This document shows positions 1 through 8,942 of a stretch of 64,000 nucleotides of DNA, piece by piece. Position 1 is the first letter of the stretch. Each line of letters opens with the position of its first letter. The notes under the pieces were generated by a model. That model ran no database searches and had not been told where the DNA came from. It worked only from the letters and a program-made list of their open reading frames with translations. The translations under genes were made by a program, and so were the position numbers. Source of the DNA: a virus; IMG/VR virus record IMGVR_UViG_3300020473_002209, positions 1-64,000 of that record; one strand, written 5' to 3'.

Positions 1-405
1 AATGATACAAGCTCAGATGTTGCTCAGGTCATGTTACAGTTTACAGGTAGTGCAGAGATAATTCCCAGCACTGGTGGCTTTGCATCAGGGTCGATTGGGG
101 CAAATAACATGATTCATGTTGACGTTAAGATACCGGGGAAGACTGCCTGGCTTGATTTAGCAAAAGCAGGTTCTGGTGCGGGAACATTTAATGTGGACTT
201 AAATGGATGCTTAAAGGGTACGCCAGGACAGACGATTAATTCTAACGGTGCACAAACGCTGTGCTCATTTCAAGGTGAGACTGCAAATGGGACTGGTGGA
301 GCCTCGGTCCCTGCTGCGGCATCCGATTTTGTACTAATTAGAATAAATGCGGACGATGATTGGACAGGCAATCTCGACACCATCCGCGTTCAATGGAGCA
401 CATAA
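1..405 (+). CDS. C-terminal part of a virion structural/appendage protein (5' truncated by window)
   Basis: Frame is open from base 1 (AAT GAT ACA...) to TAA at 403-405. Gly/Ser/Thr-rich beta-type sequence with TGS/SGS motifs; next gene starts 3 nt later. Confidence 0.7.
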   Translation, partial: NDTSSDVAQVMLQFTGSAEIIPSTGGFASGSIGANNMIHVDVKIPGKTAWLDLAKAGSGAGTFNVDLNGCLKGTPGQTINSNGAQTLCSFQGETANGTGGASVPAAASDFVLIRINADDDWTGNLDTIRVQWST

Positions 406-408
406 GAA

Positions 409-2220
409 ATGGCTGGAAAGAGTCTTACTACTGCTACATTATTTGCTCAGAAAAAGCTTCTGAACAAAGCACAGACTAGTGTTTTAAAGTCTGATGCACA
501 AGAGGTAATCGGCTCGAATATCCAGCCAGCAGCTGAAACTACATTCGGCCAAAAGATACCCACATCGCCCTCACAGACTTTGTACCTTATGCAAAGTGGA
601 AGCCTTGGTGCTCCAGCGACAGTAGAATATGTTCAGTTTGATATTGAAGCGATAAGCGGTACAAGTTATGATGCGAATTCTGTCGACACAGGTGCTGGGC
701 CTGAACCATCAACTACTGGCCCTCACGGCTACAAGCTGATATTGACTGGAAACTACGAAAGTCTTTCTTCCAATCCAAAGAGGGGGAACGGTATATTCGA
801 CAACAGCATGGACGTTTATACTACAATCGGTGGTCTTCAGATAATCCCTCCTGTATTTTCAAATGACAGTCCCAATCCGTATACAATCAAACTATATAAG
901 GGTGACCCAGCAGACCCCACAAAAGAGATCTCACTAGAAAGTGAAATTGATTGGCAGCTTGATACTTTCAATGGTATCTTGTTTGTGCAAGACTATGATG
1001 TCTCGAATGTACCTCTTTTCGCTAGGGCGTTTATCTATGTAGGTGATATGATTGATACAGTCATCACCAATACTGGTGGCGCTGATTCTGCCGCAGAGTA
1101 TCTTGTGTTGACGCCAACGGGGTCTCTTACGAATGAAAGGGCTTTTACTCCAGGTACTGGATTGTCTGCGACTGACGGTGGCGCCGGTGGCGCCTATACC
1201 GTGAAAGTGCTTGATTCCGTTTTCGCAGCTCTTACGGGCTCTGTGTTTTCAGGAACGGTTTCTTCCCCAGCATTCTCTGGATCATTGACGAAGTTACAAG
1301 ATGGAAGTAGCTATTTGATCGCTGGAAGCAATACAACGATAACAACGGGCTCTTCAGGAGCCATCACAATTTCTTCGACTGGAGGTATTGATGGTTCTGG
1401 GGCTACGAATAGAATCGCGACTTGGGCAGATACAGATACGTTGACGTCCGATGCTGACTTCACTTGGGATGGCACGACTTTATACGTATCTAGCGCTGGC
1501 ACGACCGTGAACGTCCAAGGAGATACCAACCTTAACGGAACCGTAGTGGTGAACCAAAGTGGCGCCGATAAAGACTTTAGGGTAGAAACCCAAAATAAAA
1601 GTAGCGCCTTACACGTAGATGGCGCAACAGACCAAGTGCTTCTATTTTCCGGAAGTCTTTCGGATGCTTCCGGCCATGGCTCCTCCCCAGCGGACCCTGA
1701 CCCAAGAGCGTTCACTGACACTAATTTCTTTGTGTCAGGCTCTATTGGTTCTCTAGACACTTCAAGAAGAGGTTCATCTGTTTTCGGGGGTGATGTACTT
1801 TCATCCGGTTCACTAGTTGTTAAGAACGGTATAACAGGCTCTCTAACGCAGCTTTCAGATGGTACTTCATACCTAAGGGCTGGCTCGAATATAACAATCA
1901 CATCTGGATCAGATGGTTCCGTTTCAATCGCTAGTTCAGCAACCAGTGGTGACACAAGATCAAAAGATGTTTACTTTATAAATTCTGACTATGATGCAGG
2001 TTCTGCAATCACTGTTGGTTCATCTGATTTTTCTGCCGCGTCTTATGATCCTAATAAGATCGATATATTTTTGAATGGCCAGCTTGTTCATTCTGGGTCT
2101 GTTTCGCAAGTAAACGCTGGTGATAGAGATTATTATGTGAGTTCTTCCACATCACTAAAATTCGCATTCAAGGTACAAATCGATGATATTCTTGATGTTG
2201 TCGTCTTTTCCGCAAGCTGA
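409..2220 (+). CDS. Tail fibre / virion appendage protein
   Basis: 603 aa, Gly/Ser/Thr-rich. Duplicated module GSLTxLxDG[ST]SYLxAGSNxTIT[ST]GSxG; fibre-like segment GATNRIATWADTDTL; C-terminal domain IDIFLNGQL...DY...LKFAF...DDILDVV. Confidence 0.7.
   Translation: MAGKSLTTATLFAQKKLLNKAQTSVLKSDAQEVIGSNIQPAAETTFGQKIPTSPSQTLYLMQSGSLGAPATVEYVQFDIEAISGTSYDANSVDTGAGPEPSTTGPHGYKLILTGNYESLSSNPKRGNGIFDNSMDVYTTIGGLQIIPPVFSNDSPNPYTIKLYKGDPADPTKEISLESEIDWQLDTFNGILFVQDYDVSNVPLFARAFIYVGDMIDTVITNTGGADSAAEYLVLTPTGSLTNERAFTPGTGLSATDGGAGGAYTVKVLDSVFAALTGSVFSGTVSSPAFSGSLTKLQDGSSYLIAGSNTTITTGSSGAITISSTGGIDGSGATNRIATWADTDTLTSDADFTWDGTTLYVSSAGTTVNVQGDTNLNGTVVVNQSGADKDFRVETQNKSSALHVDGATDQVLLFSGSLSDASGHGSSPADPDPRAFTDTNFFVSGSIGSLDTSRRGSSVFGGDVLSSGSLVVKNGITGSLTQLSDGTSYLRAGSNITITSGSDGSVSIASSATSGDTRSKDVYFINSDYDAGSAITVGSSDFSAASYDPNKIDIFLNGQLVHSGSVSQVNAGDRDYYVSSSTSLKFAFKVQIDDILDVVVFSAS
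1273..1938 (+). repeat. Two diverged copies (~35 aa; ~1273-1380 and ~1831-1938) of a fibre module
   Basis: SGSLTKLQDGSSYLIAGSNTTITTGSSGAITISS vs TGSLTQLSDGTSYLRAGSNITITSGSDGSVSIAS. Confidence 0.8.
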
Positions 2221-2241
2221 GTTTATTTCTAGATAATCTCC

Positions 2242-2258
2242 ATAGTTACATGTATAAT
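2242..2258 (+). promoter_or_regulatory. ATAGTTA late-type motif plus TGTATAAT (-10-like)
   Basis: catagttacatgtataat lies ~20-35 nt upstream of ATG 2278. Confidence 0.5.
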
Positions 2259-2277
2259 TGCTGAAGCGTGGATTTCA

Positions 2278-2502
2278 ATGAAAGATAACCAAAACGACCT
2301 GTATGAGACGTCAGACCTTGGTATTGCTGCATATCTCATTATTAAGGGACGGCAGCTTATACTGGCAGAAAAAAGGCCTGGCAGATATTCTTTCACTTTT
2401 TTAGGCAAGGATGAGTGTCAAAAGTTGGCTGTAGAGTATGTCAACACTGAATTTTCACGCTTCGACGCCGCACTAAAAAATCTGAAAAGCGTTATAAAAT
2501 AA
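2278..2502 (+). CDS. Small protein, DUF5659-like (possible DNA-binding)
   Basis: 74 aa with YETSDLGIAAYL...G..L...RYSFTF pattern recalled from DUF5659-type phage proteins. Confidence 0.5.
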   Translation: MKDNQNDLYETSDLGIAAYLIIKGRQLILAEKRPGRYSFTFLGKDECQKLAVEYVNTEFSRFDAALKNLKSVIK

Positions 2503-2513
2503 AGATGCGCTTC

Positions 2514-2520
2514 ATATTTA
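2514..2520 (+). promoter_or_regulatory. Putative phage late promoter (ATATTTA)
   Basis: Intergenic. Context tcATATTTAagtgtgttag closely matches tcATACTTAagtgttag at 35513-35529. Confidence 0.6.
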
Positions 2521-2609
2521 AGTGTGTTAGTCATTAGTTTCGTTTGTCACTTTGTTTGTATGTAATGTTTCTTAGTTTTTAACAACTATAAAACAAGGAA
2601 AAATATTTT

Positions 2610-4760
2610 ATGGCTTCTTTTACACAATTAAGAGTGCTCAATGCAACCGGTTCATTCGGTGTCGCAGAGGGCCAAATTAATGATGACACATCTCAGCTTG
2701 CCCAAACCGGCTCAATCGGCGCGGACAACTTAGGTGAATCATTATCTTACATGGCGGCCGCAATCCGCCGTATTCACGGTGGTGACTGGTTCTCGAACCA
2801 AGCTGTCGGTGTTTTCTCAACTACAATCAAACCAAACGCTGCGAACAAAGATATCGGTGCTACTGACGCAGAATGGGGTGATATCTTCATTGGCGATGGA
2901 AAGTCACTCAAGCTAGGTAATGGTCAAGAGTCTTTCGTCTCTGATGCTGGCCCTGGTCTTCAAATCGGCTCATCCGAAGTAATCAAGATTGGTGTTGACG
3001 CAAACACGGCAAATATCGATATTGGTGCTGTTGCACAAGCTAAAACAATCACAATCGGTGACGACGCCTCAACAAAAGTTGATGTCAACGCTCTAGCGAT
3101 TGAACTTGATGCTGGTTCAAACGGATACACGATTGACGGTGCTGGAAACTCAACACTCTCAACCAGTAACAACGGAACACTCACTATCGATTCTGCTGGT
3201 GCGTTAGTTATCGATACTGACGGTACTGATAGCATTGATATCGGTGTTGAGGCTGTTGCCAAGACAATCACGATTGGTAATGATGCTTCAACGAAAGTTG
3301 ATGTCAACGCTCTCGCGATTGAACTTGATTCTGCTGGAACACTCGTTGGTACTTCGACAACTTCAACTTCTCTGACAGCAACAACCACAATGACCGTTAC
3401 CGGTGGTGGTGTTTCCAAGTTCGGTGATGATACTGCAACACTCGATTTTGACGGCGCAGGTGCTGTTACTGAAACTGCTATGGCTTCATTTGAAATCACT
3501 CCTTCTGGCGCTTTGACAATGAAAGGTGGTGGTGCTTCCAAGTACGGTGACGATACTGCAACTCTCGATTTCGATGGTGACGGTGCTGTTACTGAAACTG
3601 GAATGACTTCATTCGTTATTAGCCCTTCTGGCGTTACTACGCTCGGTGGTGGCGGTCTCGTTACACTAGACTCTTCTGGTGCAGCAAATGACATCAATAT
3701 TGGTGTCGAAGCTGCTGCTAAGGATATTGTTATCGGTAATGCTGCTTCTGCGCTTGTTGACATTAACGCTCTTGCTGTTGATATTGACGGAGTAAATAGT
3801 GTTTCAATGGTCGGAGCAGGCGGCGCTACTTTTGGCGACGATACTAAGACTCTCATATACGACGGTTCTGGTAATCTTGATCTCACCGCTGGTACTCTGG
3901 ATATTGATGCTTCTGGTTTAACCACAATTGATGTTACCGGGAATTTGTCAATAGACTCTAGTGATAACTCCAACCTCTCTGTTACTGGAGCTGCTAAGTC
4001 TCTGGTCGTTAACGCTGCCGGCGGTGGCGCACAAACGCTCCAATTACTGTCGAGTGGTTCTGGTCCTACTGCTGTTCAAGTTAAGGGTGAAGGTGGTGTT
4101 GCGATACAAGCTGGTAACACAAAGTCGATCTCTATTGGTAGCGGCGGAACAGCTGAGGTTATGGTTACCCCAGACTCTACTGCTGCTGACTCTAAGATCA
4201 AGGTATTCGCTGAGAACGGTACCGCTGCTAACACAAGAACAGCTAACACTAATGCTCTCTCGCTACAAGCTCCTGCTGGTGGCGTGCACATTAGTGGTGA
4301 CGCTGTTATCTTGTCAGGTTCTGGTGCTCAAGGGGTTACTGTCTATGGTGATGGATCTATGACTTCTGGTAAGGGTGGTGCTGGTATGCTTTTCGGAGCT
4401 GTTGCTGATTACGGTACTTTCCGTGGTAAGTCTCTTTTCTCAGCTGGAACAACTGTTATCGGTGCTCTGAACACTCTCGCTGACAACATTACTGGTGCGA
4501 CTGCTACGATCTTCACAGGTTCTATCGCGACTAATATAGCTGCCGGTGGAAACGCCACAGTTAAGAAGCAGGCTGGTGATAACGCTGCGTTGGCTCCAGA
4601 TTGCGGAATCGAGAAAGCACAGGTATACGTCAATGGTCAGTTGCTTGTTTCGTCTTCAATCGGCGCAACAAACGATTACCGGATTTCTGCTAATGACACG
4701 ATCATATTCGAATTCGATCTACGCGTTGGTGATATGATCATGGTTGTTGACCGTTCCTGA
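2610..4760 (+). CDS. Repeat-rich fibre/appendage protein, probably high copy
   Basis: 716 aa Gly/Ala/Thr/Asp-rich with internal repeats; AAGGA RBS; strong GCT/GGT/ACT codon bias like the capsid gene; C-terminal VYVNGQLL...DY...IIFEFDLRVGDMIMV domain; followed by a terminator. Confidence 0.7.
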   Translation: MASFTQLRVLNATGSFGVAEGQINDDTSQLAQTGSIGADNLGESLSYMAAAIRRIHGGDWFSNQAVGVFSTTIKPNAANKDIGATDAEWGDIFIGDGKSLKLGNGQESFVSDAGPGLQIGSSEVIKIGVDANTANIDIGAVAQAKTITIGDDASTKVDVNALAIELDAGSNGYTIDGAGNSTLSTSNNGTLTIDSAGALVIDTDGTDSIDIGVEAVAKTITIGNDASTKVDVNALAIELDSAGTLVGTSTTSTSLTATTTMTVTGGGVSKFGDDTATLDFDGAGAVTETAMASFEITPSGALTMKGGGASKYGDDTATLDFDGDGAVTETGMTSFVISPSGVTTLGGGGLVTLDSSGAANDINIGVEAAAKDIVIGNAASALVDINALAVDIDGVNSVSMVGAGGATFGDDTKTLIYDGSGNLDLTAGTLDIDASGLTTIDVTGNLSIDSSDNSNLSVTGAAKSLVVNAAGGGAQTLQLLSSGSGPTAVQVKGEGGVAIQAGNTKSISIGSGGTAEVMVTPDSTAADSKIKVFAENGTAANTRTANTNALSLQAPAGGVHISGDAVILSGSGAQGVTVYGDGSMTSGKGGAGMLFGAVADYGTFRGKSLFSAGTTVIGALNTLADNITGATATIFTGSIATNIAAGGNATVKKQAGDNAALAPDCGIEKAQVYVNGQLLVSSSIGATNDYRISANDTIIFEFDLRVGDMIMVVDRS
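3013..3860 (+). repeat. Two interleaved repeat families inside the 2610 gene
   Basis: Type A: IDIG..A.AKTITIG.DASTKVDVNALAIELD twice plus a diverged third copy. Type B: GGG.SK[FY]GDDTATLDFDG.GAVTET.M.SF.I.PSG twice plus a partial copy. DNA-level identity is visible (e.g. aaagttgatgtcaacgctct). Confidence 0.85.
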
Positions 4761-4804
4761 GGTCCTGGTTGCTCATGAGTTTCATGGGCCTTGACCCATT
4801 TTCT

Positions 4805-4834
4805 GAGGGCCGTCGAAAGACGGCCCTCTTTTTT
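4805..4834 (+). terminator. Rho-independent terminator
   Basis: GAGGGCCGTC-GAAA-GACGGCCCTC perfect 10-bp stem with GNRA loop, followed by T6. Confidence 0.92.
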
Positions 4835-4859
4835 ATTTCTTAAAAAACGTATGTATAAT
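4832..4859 (+). promoter_or_regulatory. Sigma70-like promoter
   Basis: TTTATT-16-TATAAT directly after the terminator; GGAGG RBS before ATG 4893. Confidence 0.5.
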
Positions 4860-4892
4860 ATTGTTGTCTAGACAGTTTTTGGAGGGATAAAG

Positions 4893-5456
4893 ATGGAAGA
4901 AAACGAGTTTATCTTTATGCTGGATGAAAAGATAGAGTCTCTGATTCAGCAAAGACAACAAATAACGAAAAATCTTTTGGACAGTAATTGGCACGCTAAT
5001 GTTGTTAAAGAAAGCATTGATGATGGCTTAAGCCGACTAGAAGAATTAGCGCAAACGCAAGAGATAAATGTTGAGCAAGAATTGCTTTCGATACTAGACC
5101 AAGTTCCCTCTCTTGTAAAGAGTGTTTGGTCGAACGCAACCGCGCAAACAAGGGCGTATGATAATGAAATCGCCCGCTGGAAAGAAATGGCAGCGTATTA
5201 TTCGCAATTTTTAGAAAATAAGAAAAAAGAAGAAGAGAGTAAGAAAAAAGAAGAAGAGAGTAAGAAACAAGAAGAAATTGAGGCTAAACAGCAGCGATCT
5301 GAAATTGCTTCTGGAAAGATCTCTGAGCCCACCAGGATGGATGCAATAAGGCGCCAGCCCGGTGAAGCACCATCAATGCGGCTTTCTAGATTTAGAAAAT
5401 TATCTACTGAAATTGCTAATGAGGAAACAAGCGACCCAGATGATTCAAGAGGGTAA
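4893..5456 (+). CDS. Hypothetical coiled-coil protein
   Basis: 187 aa, helical and charged; GGAGG RBS. Confidence 0.75.
   Translation: MEENEFIFMLDEKIESLIQQRQQITKNLLDSNWHANVVKESIDDGLSRLEELAQTQEINVEQELLSILDQVPSLVKSVWSNATAQTRAYDNEIARWKEMAAYYSQFLENKKKEEESKKKEEESKKQEEIEAKQQRSEIASGKISEPTRMDAIRRQPGEAPSMRLSRFRKLSTEIANEETSDPDDSRG
5220..5276 (+). repeat. 21-nt tandem repeat (2 exact copies + partial) encoding KKKEEES
   Basis: aagaaaaaagaagaagagagt twice, then aagaaacaagaagaa. Confidence 0.85.
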
Positions 5457-5462
5457 TACTTA
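5456..5462 (+). promoter_or_regulatory. Putative late promoter (ATACTTA); possibly a leaderless transcript
   Basis: Motif ends 5 nt before ATG 5468, with no SD between. Confidence 0.5.
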
Positions 5463-5467
5463 TACCC

Positions 5468-6409
5468 ATGGCTGGCATATTAGATAAAAAGACACGCTTT
5501 ATGGACACGTTCTTGACGCAGACTGGTCGAGAGCAGATGGCAAAAGGCGAACTAAATTTTGCATTCGCAATATTCTCGGATTACGCTACGTTTTACGAAT
5601 CTTCTTTAGAGGACCCCAATGTGGCGGAAGATGCAATTAATCGCATTTTCTTTGAAGCAGCAAATAGGCCTCAAGACTTAGTCATTCCTGAATTTGATGA
5701 GGATGGTGGGATAATTTTTCCTGCTGGTGATTTTGATCTAGTGAATGGCCAACTAAAGGTTTTAACAGGCTCTTCAGCAGCAAGCCTAACTGGAGAATCT
5801 TTAGTGGTGTCAGCGTCAGCCGCGATTAGCGACTGCATTGAATCATTTGCAGCTATGAGACCGCTAAGGAGTGAGGAGGCCCTTACAAATACGACCGGGT
5901 TTCGATTAAGTCAAAATACGGGAGAATTTTTAGTTACTACTGATCTACCTATTTCTCCCGGAGTTCCAACACAGATAAGTCTTTCTAATATAGAGAGCCT
6001 GTGGCAAGACAAGCGATTAACTCACGTTCCAAACTATCAATTTAAACCACCAGTCAACAGAATATCAGGTAAGCAATTAAAAACGTACCCCAAGCTACAG
6101 CAGCCCACTCCTATGACCTTTACAGATCTCGCAAATGAACTTGGTGCAAATGATCCAAGCGGAGAAACGGGTGTCGGTCCACCGATTAGCTTAACATTTC
6201 CAGCCACTAGCAATGATAATAATCTTGTGTGTCAAGTATGGGAAGTTTGCAGTGGCAGTATAAATAAATTACGCATGATTGATTTCGGGGAGTTTGAGGA
6301 TGGAGATCCATATAGCCCTGGTAAGCATGTATTCTTTGTAGGAAAGCTGTTTACTGATGACGGCGGCGAATCGACTTTCTTAAATCTTTTCACAGTGGTT
6401 TTTGATTAA
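5468..6409 (+). CDS. Virion structural protein; N-terminus paralogous to 14581 (tail-collar-like N-half)
   Basis: MAGILDKKTRFMDTFLTQTGREQMAKGELNFAFAIFSD aligns with MGFLDNSTNNIIVDAVLTDYGRELLSRNDGSFSIVKFAFGD. Confidence 0.6.
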   Translation: MAGILDKKTRFMDTFLTQTGREQMAKGELNFAFAIFSDYATFYESSLEDPNVAEDAINRIFFEAANRPQDLVIPEFDEDGGIIFPAGDFDLVNGQLKVLTGSSAASLTGESLVVSASAAISDCIESFAAMRPLRSEEALTNTTGFRLSQNTGEFLVTTDLPISPGVPTQISLSNIESLWQDKRLTHVPNYQFKPPVNRISGKQLKTYPKLQQPTPMTFTDLANELGANDPSGETGVGPPISLTFPATSNDNNLVCQVWEVCSGSINKLRMIDFGEFEDGDPYSPGKHVFFVGKLFTDDGGESTFLNLFTVVFD

Positions 6410-8941
6410 ATGATCTTCAATCTTCCAACTCTAAAAGATACGCTACTATTTCCATCATTCCCTGCTCGCCTTCGCGCAGTCAGGGGAGATCCTGGTAGTC
6501 GTGAATTTTTGTATGAAATAACGATGGAAGTAGATGTAGAAAAGGCACTTTATAATGATTGCTTAACTCTTGAGGTTGATGTTCTACCGAAAAAACCCAC
6601 TCCTGTGATGCAAAGAAAACCCGCCAGGGTTGGAAGCGCAAGATCATTTACACGATCTACCAAGACTATGGAGAGGAGCCTGCGGAAGAAAAGAAAGAAA
6701 AAAGAAGAGAAAGTAATAAAGAAAAGGTGGGTCGATCTTACGAAGTACATCAGCAATTCTCTAGCTAAGCTGATAAAAAGGCGAAAAGCAATTTCTGATG
6801 CCAGATTGAGTGCAGCAAAGAAGACCAGCGTATCTTCGGTCCGCGGTGTATCTTCAGGAAAGAATATATCAATTTCAACCAATCCTCTTGCAGCCTCTAG
6901 TATCATGCGGTCTTCATCTCCTTTATTTTCTGCTCTGGCTAGCCAGCCTGTTCCTACGTCGATACCGCAAAGAACGAATATGTCTCTTAGAAGTATATCG
7001 AGATCTTTTCTGTCTTCTAAAAAAGACCCAGGGCAGATTACGAAGGTTTCAGTTAAGAGCCTACCGTCTGCGATAGGGCAACGAGCTCAGAGTCTTCGCT
7101 TTACACCCCAGCTTAAAATTCAGCCACCTAGAACATATAGGATATTTACGAAAAAGCGGAAGATAAGGTTCAGGATCATTATTCAAGAGGAGCGTTTGAA
7201 ATCTCTCTCGACATATTACTTAAGGGCTCGTTTAAGAAATAACAAGAATGTCAAGCTAGAAGAAGTCGGTGCGGTCATTCAACATTCAAAATTATTAAAT
7301 GACTACCTTACACCGATTAGGGAACCGCTAATCGAAGCTTCTATAATCAGGGCCGGTGAGATATCAATAGGTGTTAAGCAAGTTGATAAAAAAGCTAAGT
7401 CTGTAAGAGTTTTTCGAAGAACAGCTCCAGCGGAAACCGGCGGGTCTGATGCAGGCTCATCCTGGAAAGAGATCATAGAGACGCCCCTTTTATCACAGGA
7501 TGATGAGCTTCGGTTTAAAGATGAATTTGCCACAAGCAGAACCGTGTTATATAGAGCTGTTGCTTTAGGCGAGAACTTGAGGTCAGCAGAAGATTTTGGG
7601 TCAACAGTGCTATTACCCATAAAAGAATTGAAGGTTGATCAGACAACAGCTTTAAGTGCTGTCGCACAGTCTGCGAAAAGTGGTAAGATTGTAAAGATAA
7701 CAGTTTCAGATATTCCTACCGACGCTGTGTGCGTGATGGTTAGAAAGTATGACCTAACGATTAATTCATATGCAAGTTTCAAGTCTGGAAAAGACTCTGG
7801 TTTTACGTATGTCGGTTCCACACCAGAGCAACAATCAAAATTTGTCGTAGGTGATGAAGACGCAATCGTTAATTTTTATGATAAAAAAGTAATCCTCGGA
7901 AGAGAGTACCGGTATGTTCCCGTCGCAGTAATGAAGAGAGGTAAAGAGATCATAGGAACAGACGCAATTTTAGAGCTTCCACATTCATTAGATGATGATG
8001 ATAAGATTTCTTTAAAGACACCAACACCCGTGGTGCTGGTAAAGAACCAATTACCCTCTGTTTCGTTTAGTCTGGAGGCTTCATTTACTGATTTCGGTTT
8101 TGGAGAAGTAAAGCAAGCACTTAACGCAGGCAACCAGGGTGTGCTTTTTGATAAAGATATTTTATCGGAGAGGAGTAATTTCGCTGAGCTCATTAATTTT
8201 CTAGTTGAGAGAGAAAATTTTGTTACTGGAGAGGTTGAATCATTTGGTGTGTATCCAGCTGGTGATTTTGAAGATAACGTAGATACGCAAGAAGAAAAAA
8301 ACGTTAAGCCGCTAATGCCAAGTGTTAGGTACGGTTATAGGATAACTGCTCTTGTAAGATCTGCAGAATCGTTATTTCCAAAACTCGTATCAACAGATCA
8401 AGACTTGGCATCGCTGGCTTCATTTCAAAAAATGGTCGGGAAATTTCGGAACCCTCTTTCGTTACGTAGAGCTACATTGCAATCAACAGTCCGGCAGGTG
8501 AACATCTCGGCCCCAAGCAGGATTGAACCTGTCGACCCATTCTTGCAGGGCCGTACAAATGTACAGGTAAGAATTGAAGTCAATATGCCAGTGCCAAAAA
8601 AGCAGGGGTATGCTGTAAAGAGCGAGAATCGTGGTGACAATAGATTAGTAACCTGGACGTATTACGGCGATCTAAGCCAAGTGGACCATTTTCAGGTATT
8701 CGCTACTAGCGATGGTGGGAGAAATTTACTTGGTACGGTTCATGCTGATCCTTCTTCTGCCAATTTTATGTTTAGGCATTTCACCACTGGATATTCTGTT
8801 CCTTATCGTTATGAGGTACACGCTATTCAATTAAATTATAAAGTTAGAAATAGGTACAAGTCAGCGATCGTAAAGCCTAAGCAGTTTGATAAAAAATTAA
8901 AGAGAGGGTCCAGATCCTCAAAGAAGATAGTGAGATTATAG
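6410..8941 (+). CDS. Large protein with basic N-terminal region and FN3/Ig-like domains
   Basis: 843 aa; FN3-like strands (RVFRR...YRAVAL; YRYVPVAV; YGYRITAL; VTWTY..VDHFQVF..YRYEVHAI); starts immediately after the previous stop. Confidence 0.6.
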   Translation: MIFNLPTLKDTLLFPSFPARLRAVRGDPGSREFLYEITMEVDVEKALYNDCLTLEVDVLPKKPTPVMQRKPARVGSARSFTRSTKTMERSLRKKRKKKEEKVIKKRWVDLTKYISNSLAKLIKRRKAISDARLSAAKKTSVSSVRGVSSGKNISISTNPLAASSIMRSSSPLFSALASQPVPTSIPQRTNMSLRSISRSFLSSKKDPGQITKVSVKSLPSAIGQRAQSLRFTPQLKIQPPRTYRIFTKKRKIRFRIIIQEERLKSLSTYYLRARLRNNKNVKLEEVGAVIQHSKLLNDYLTPIREPLIEASIIRAGEISIGVKQVDKKAKSVRVFRRTAPAETGGSDAGSSWKEIIETPLLSQDDELRFKDEFATSRTVLYRAVALGENLRSAEDFGSTVLLPIKELKVDQTTALSAVAQSAKSGKIVKITVSDIPTDAVCVMVRKYDLTINSYASFKSGKDSGFTYVGSTPEQQSKFVVGDEDAIVNFYDKKVILGREYRYVPVAVMKRGKEIIGTDAILELPHSLDDDDKISLKTPTPVVLVKNQLPSVSFSLEASFTDFGFGEVKQALNAGNQGVLFDKDILSERSNFAELINFLVERENFVTGEVESFGVYPAGDFEDNVDTQEEKNVKPLMPSVRYGYRITALVRSAESLFPKLVSTDQDLASLASFQKMVGKFRNPLSLRRATLQSTVRQVNISAPSRIEPVDPFLQGRTNVQVRIEVNMPVPKKQGYAVKSENRGDNRLVTWTYYGDLSQVDHFQVFATSDGGRNLLGTVHADPSSANFMFRHFTTGYSVPYRYEVHAIQLNYKVRNRYKSAIVKPKQFDKKLKRGSRSSKKIVRL

Positions 8942-8942
8942 A

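Noticed and set aside
3013-3640. DNA-level direct repeats in the fibre gene as a possible DGR template/variable pair or CRISPR array
   Set aside because: They are in-frame protein repeats with differences not confined to adenines; no reverse transcriptase, spacers or cas genes in the window.
4771-4800. Small hairpin GCTCATGA-GTT-TCATGGGC before the terminator, and palindrome TCTAATC-T-GATTAGA at the capsid stop (~35427-35441)
   Set aside because: Short single hairpins with no supporting context; at most mRNA 3' stabilisers.
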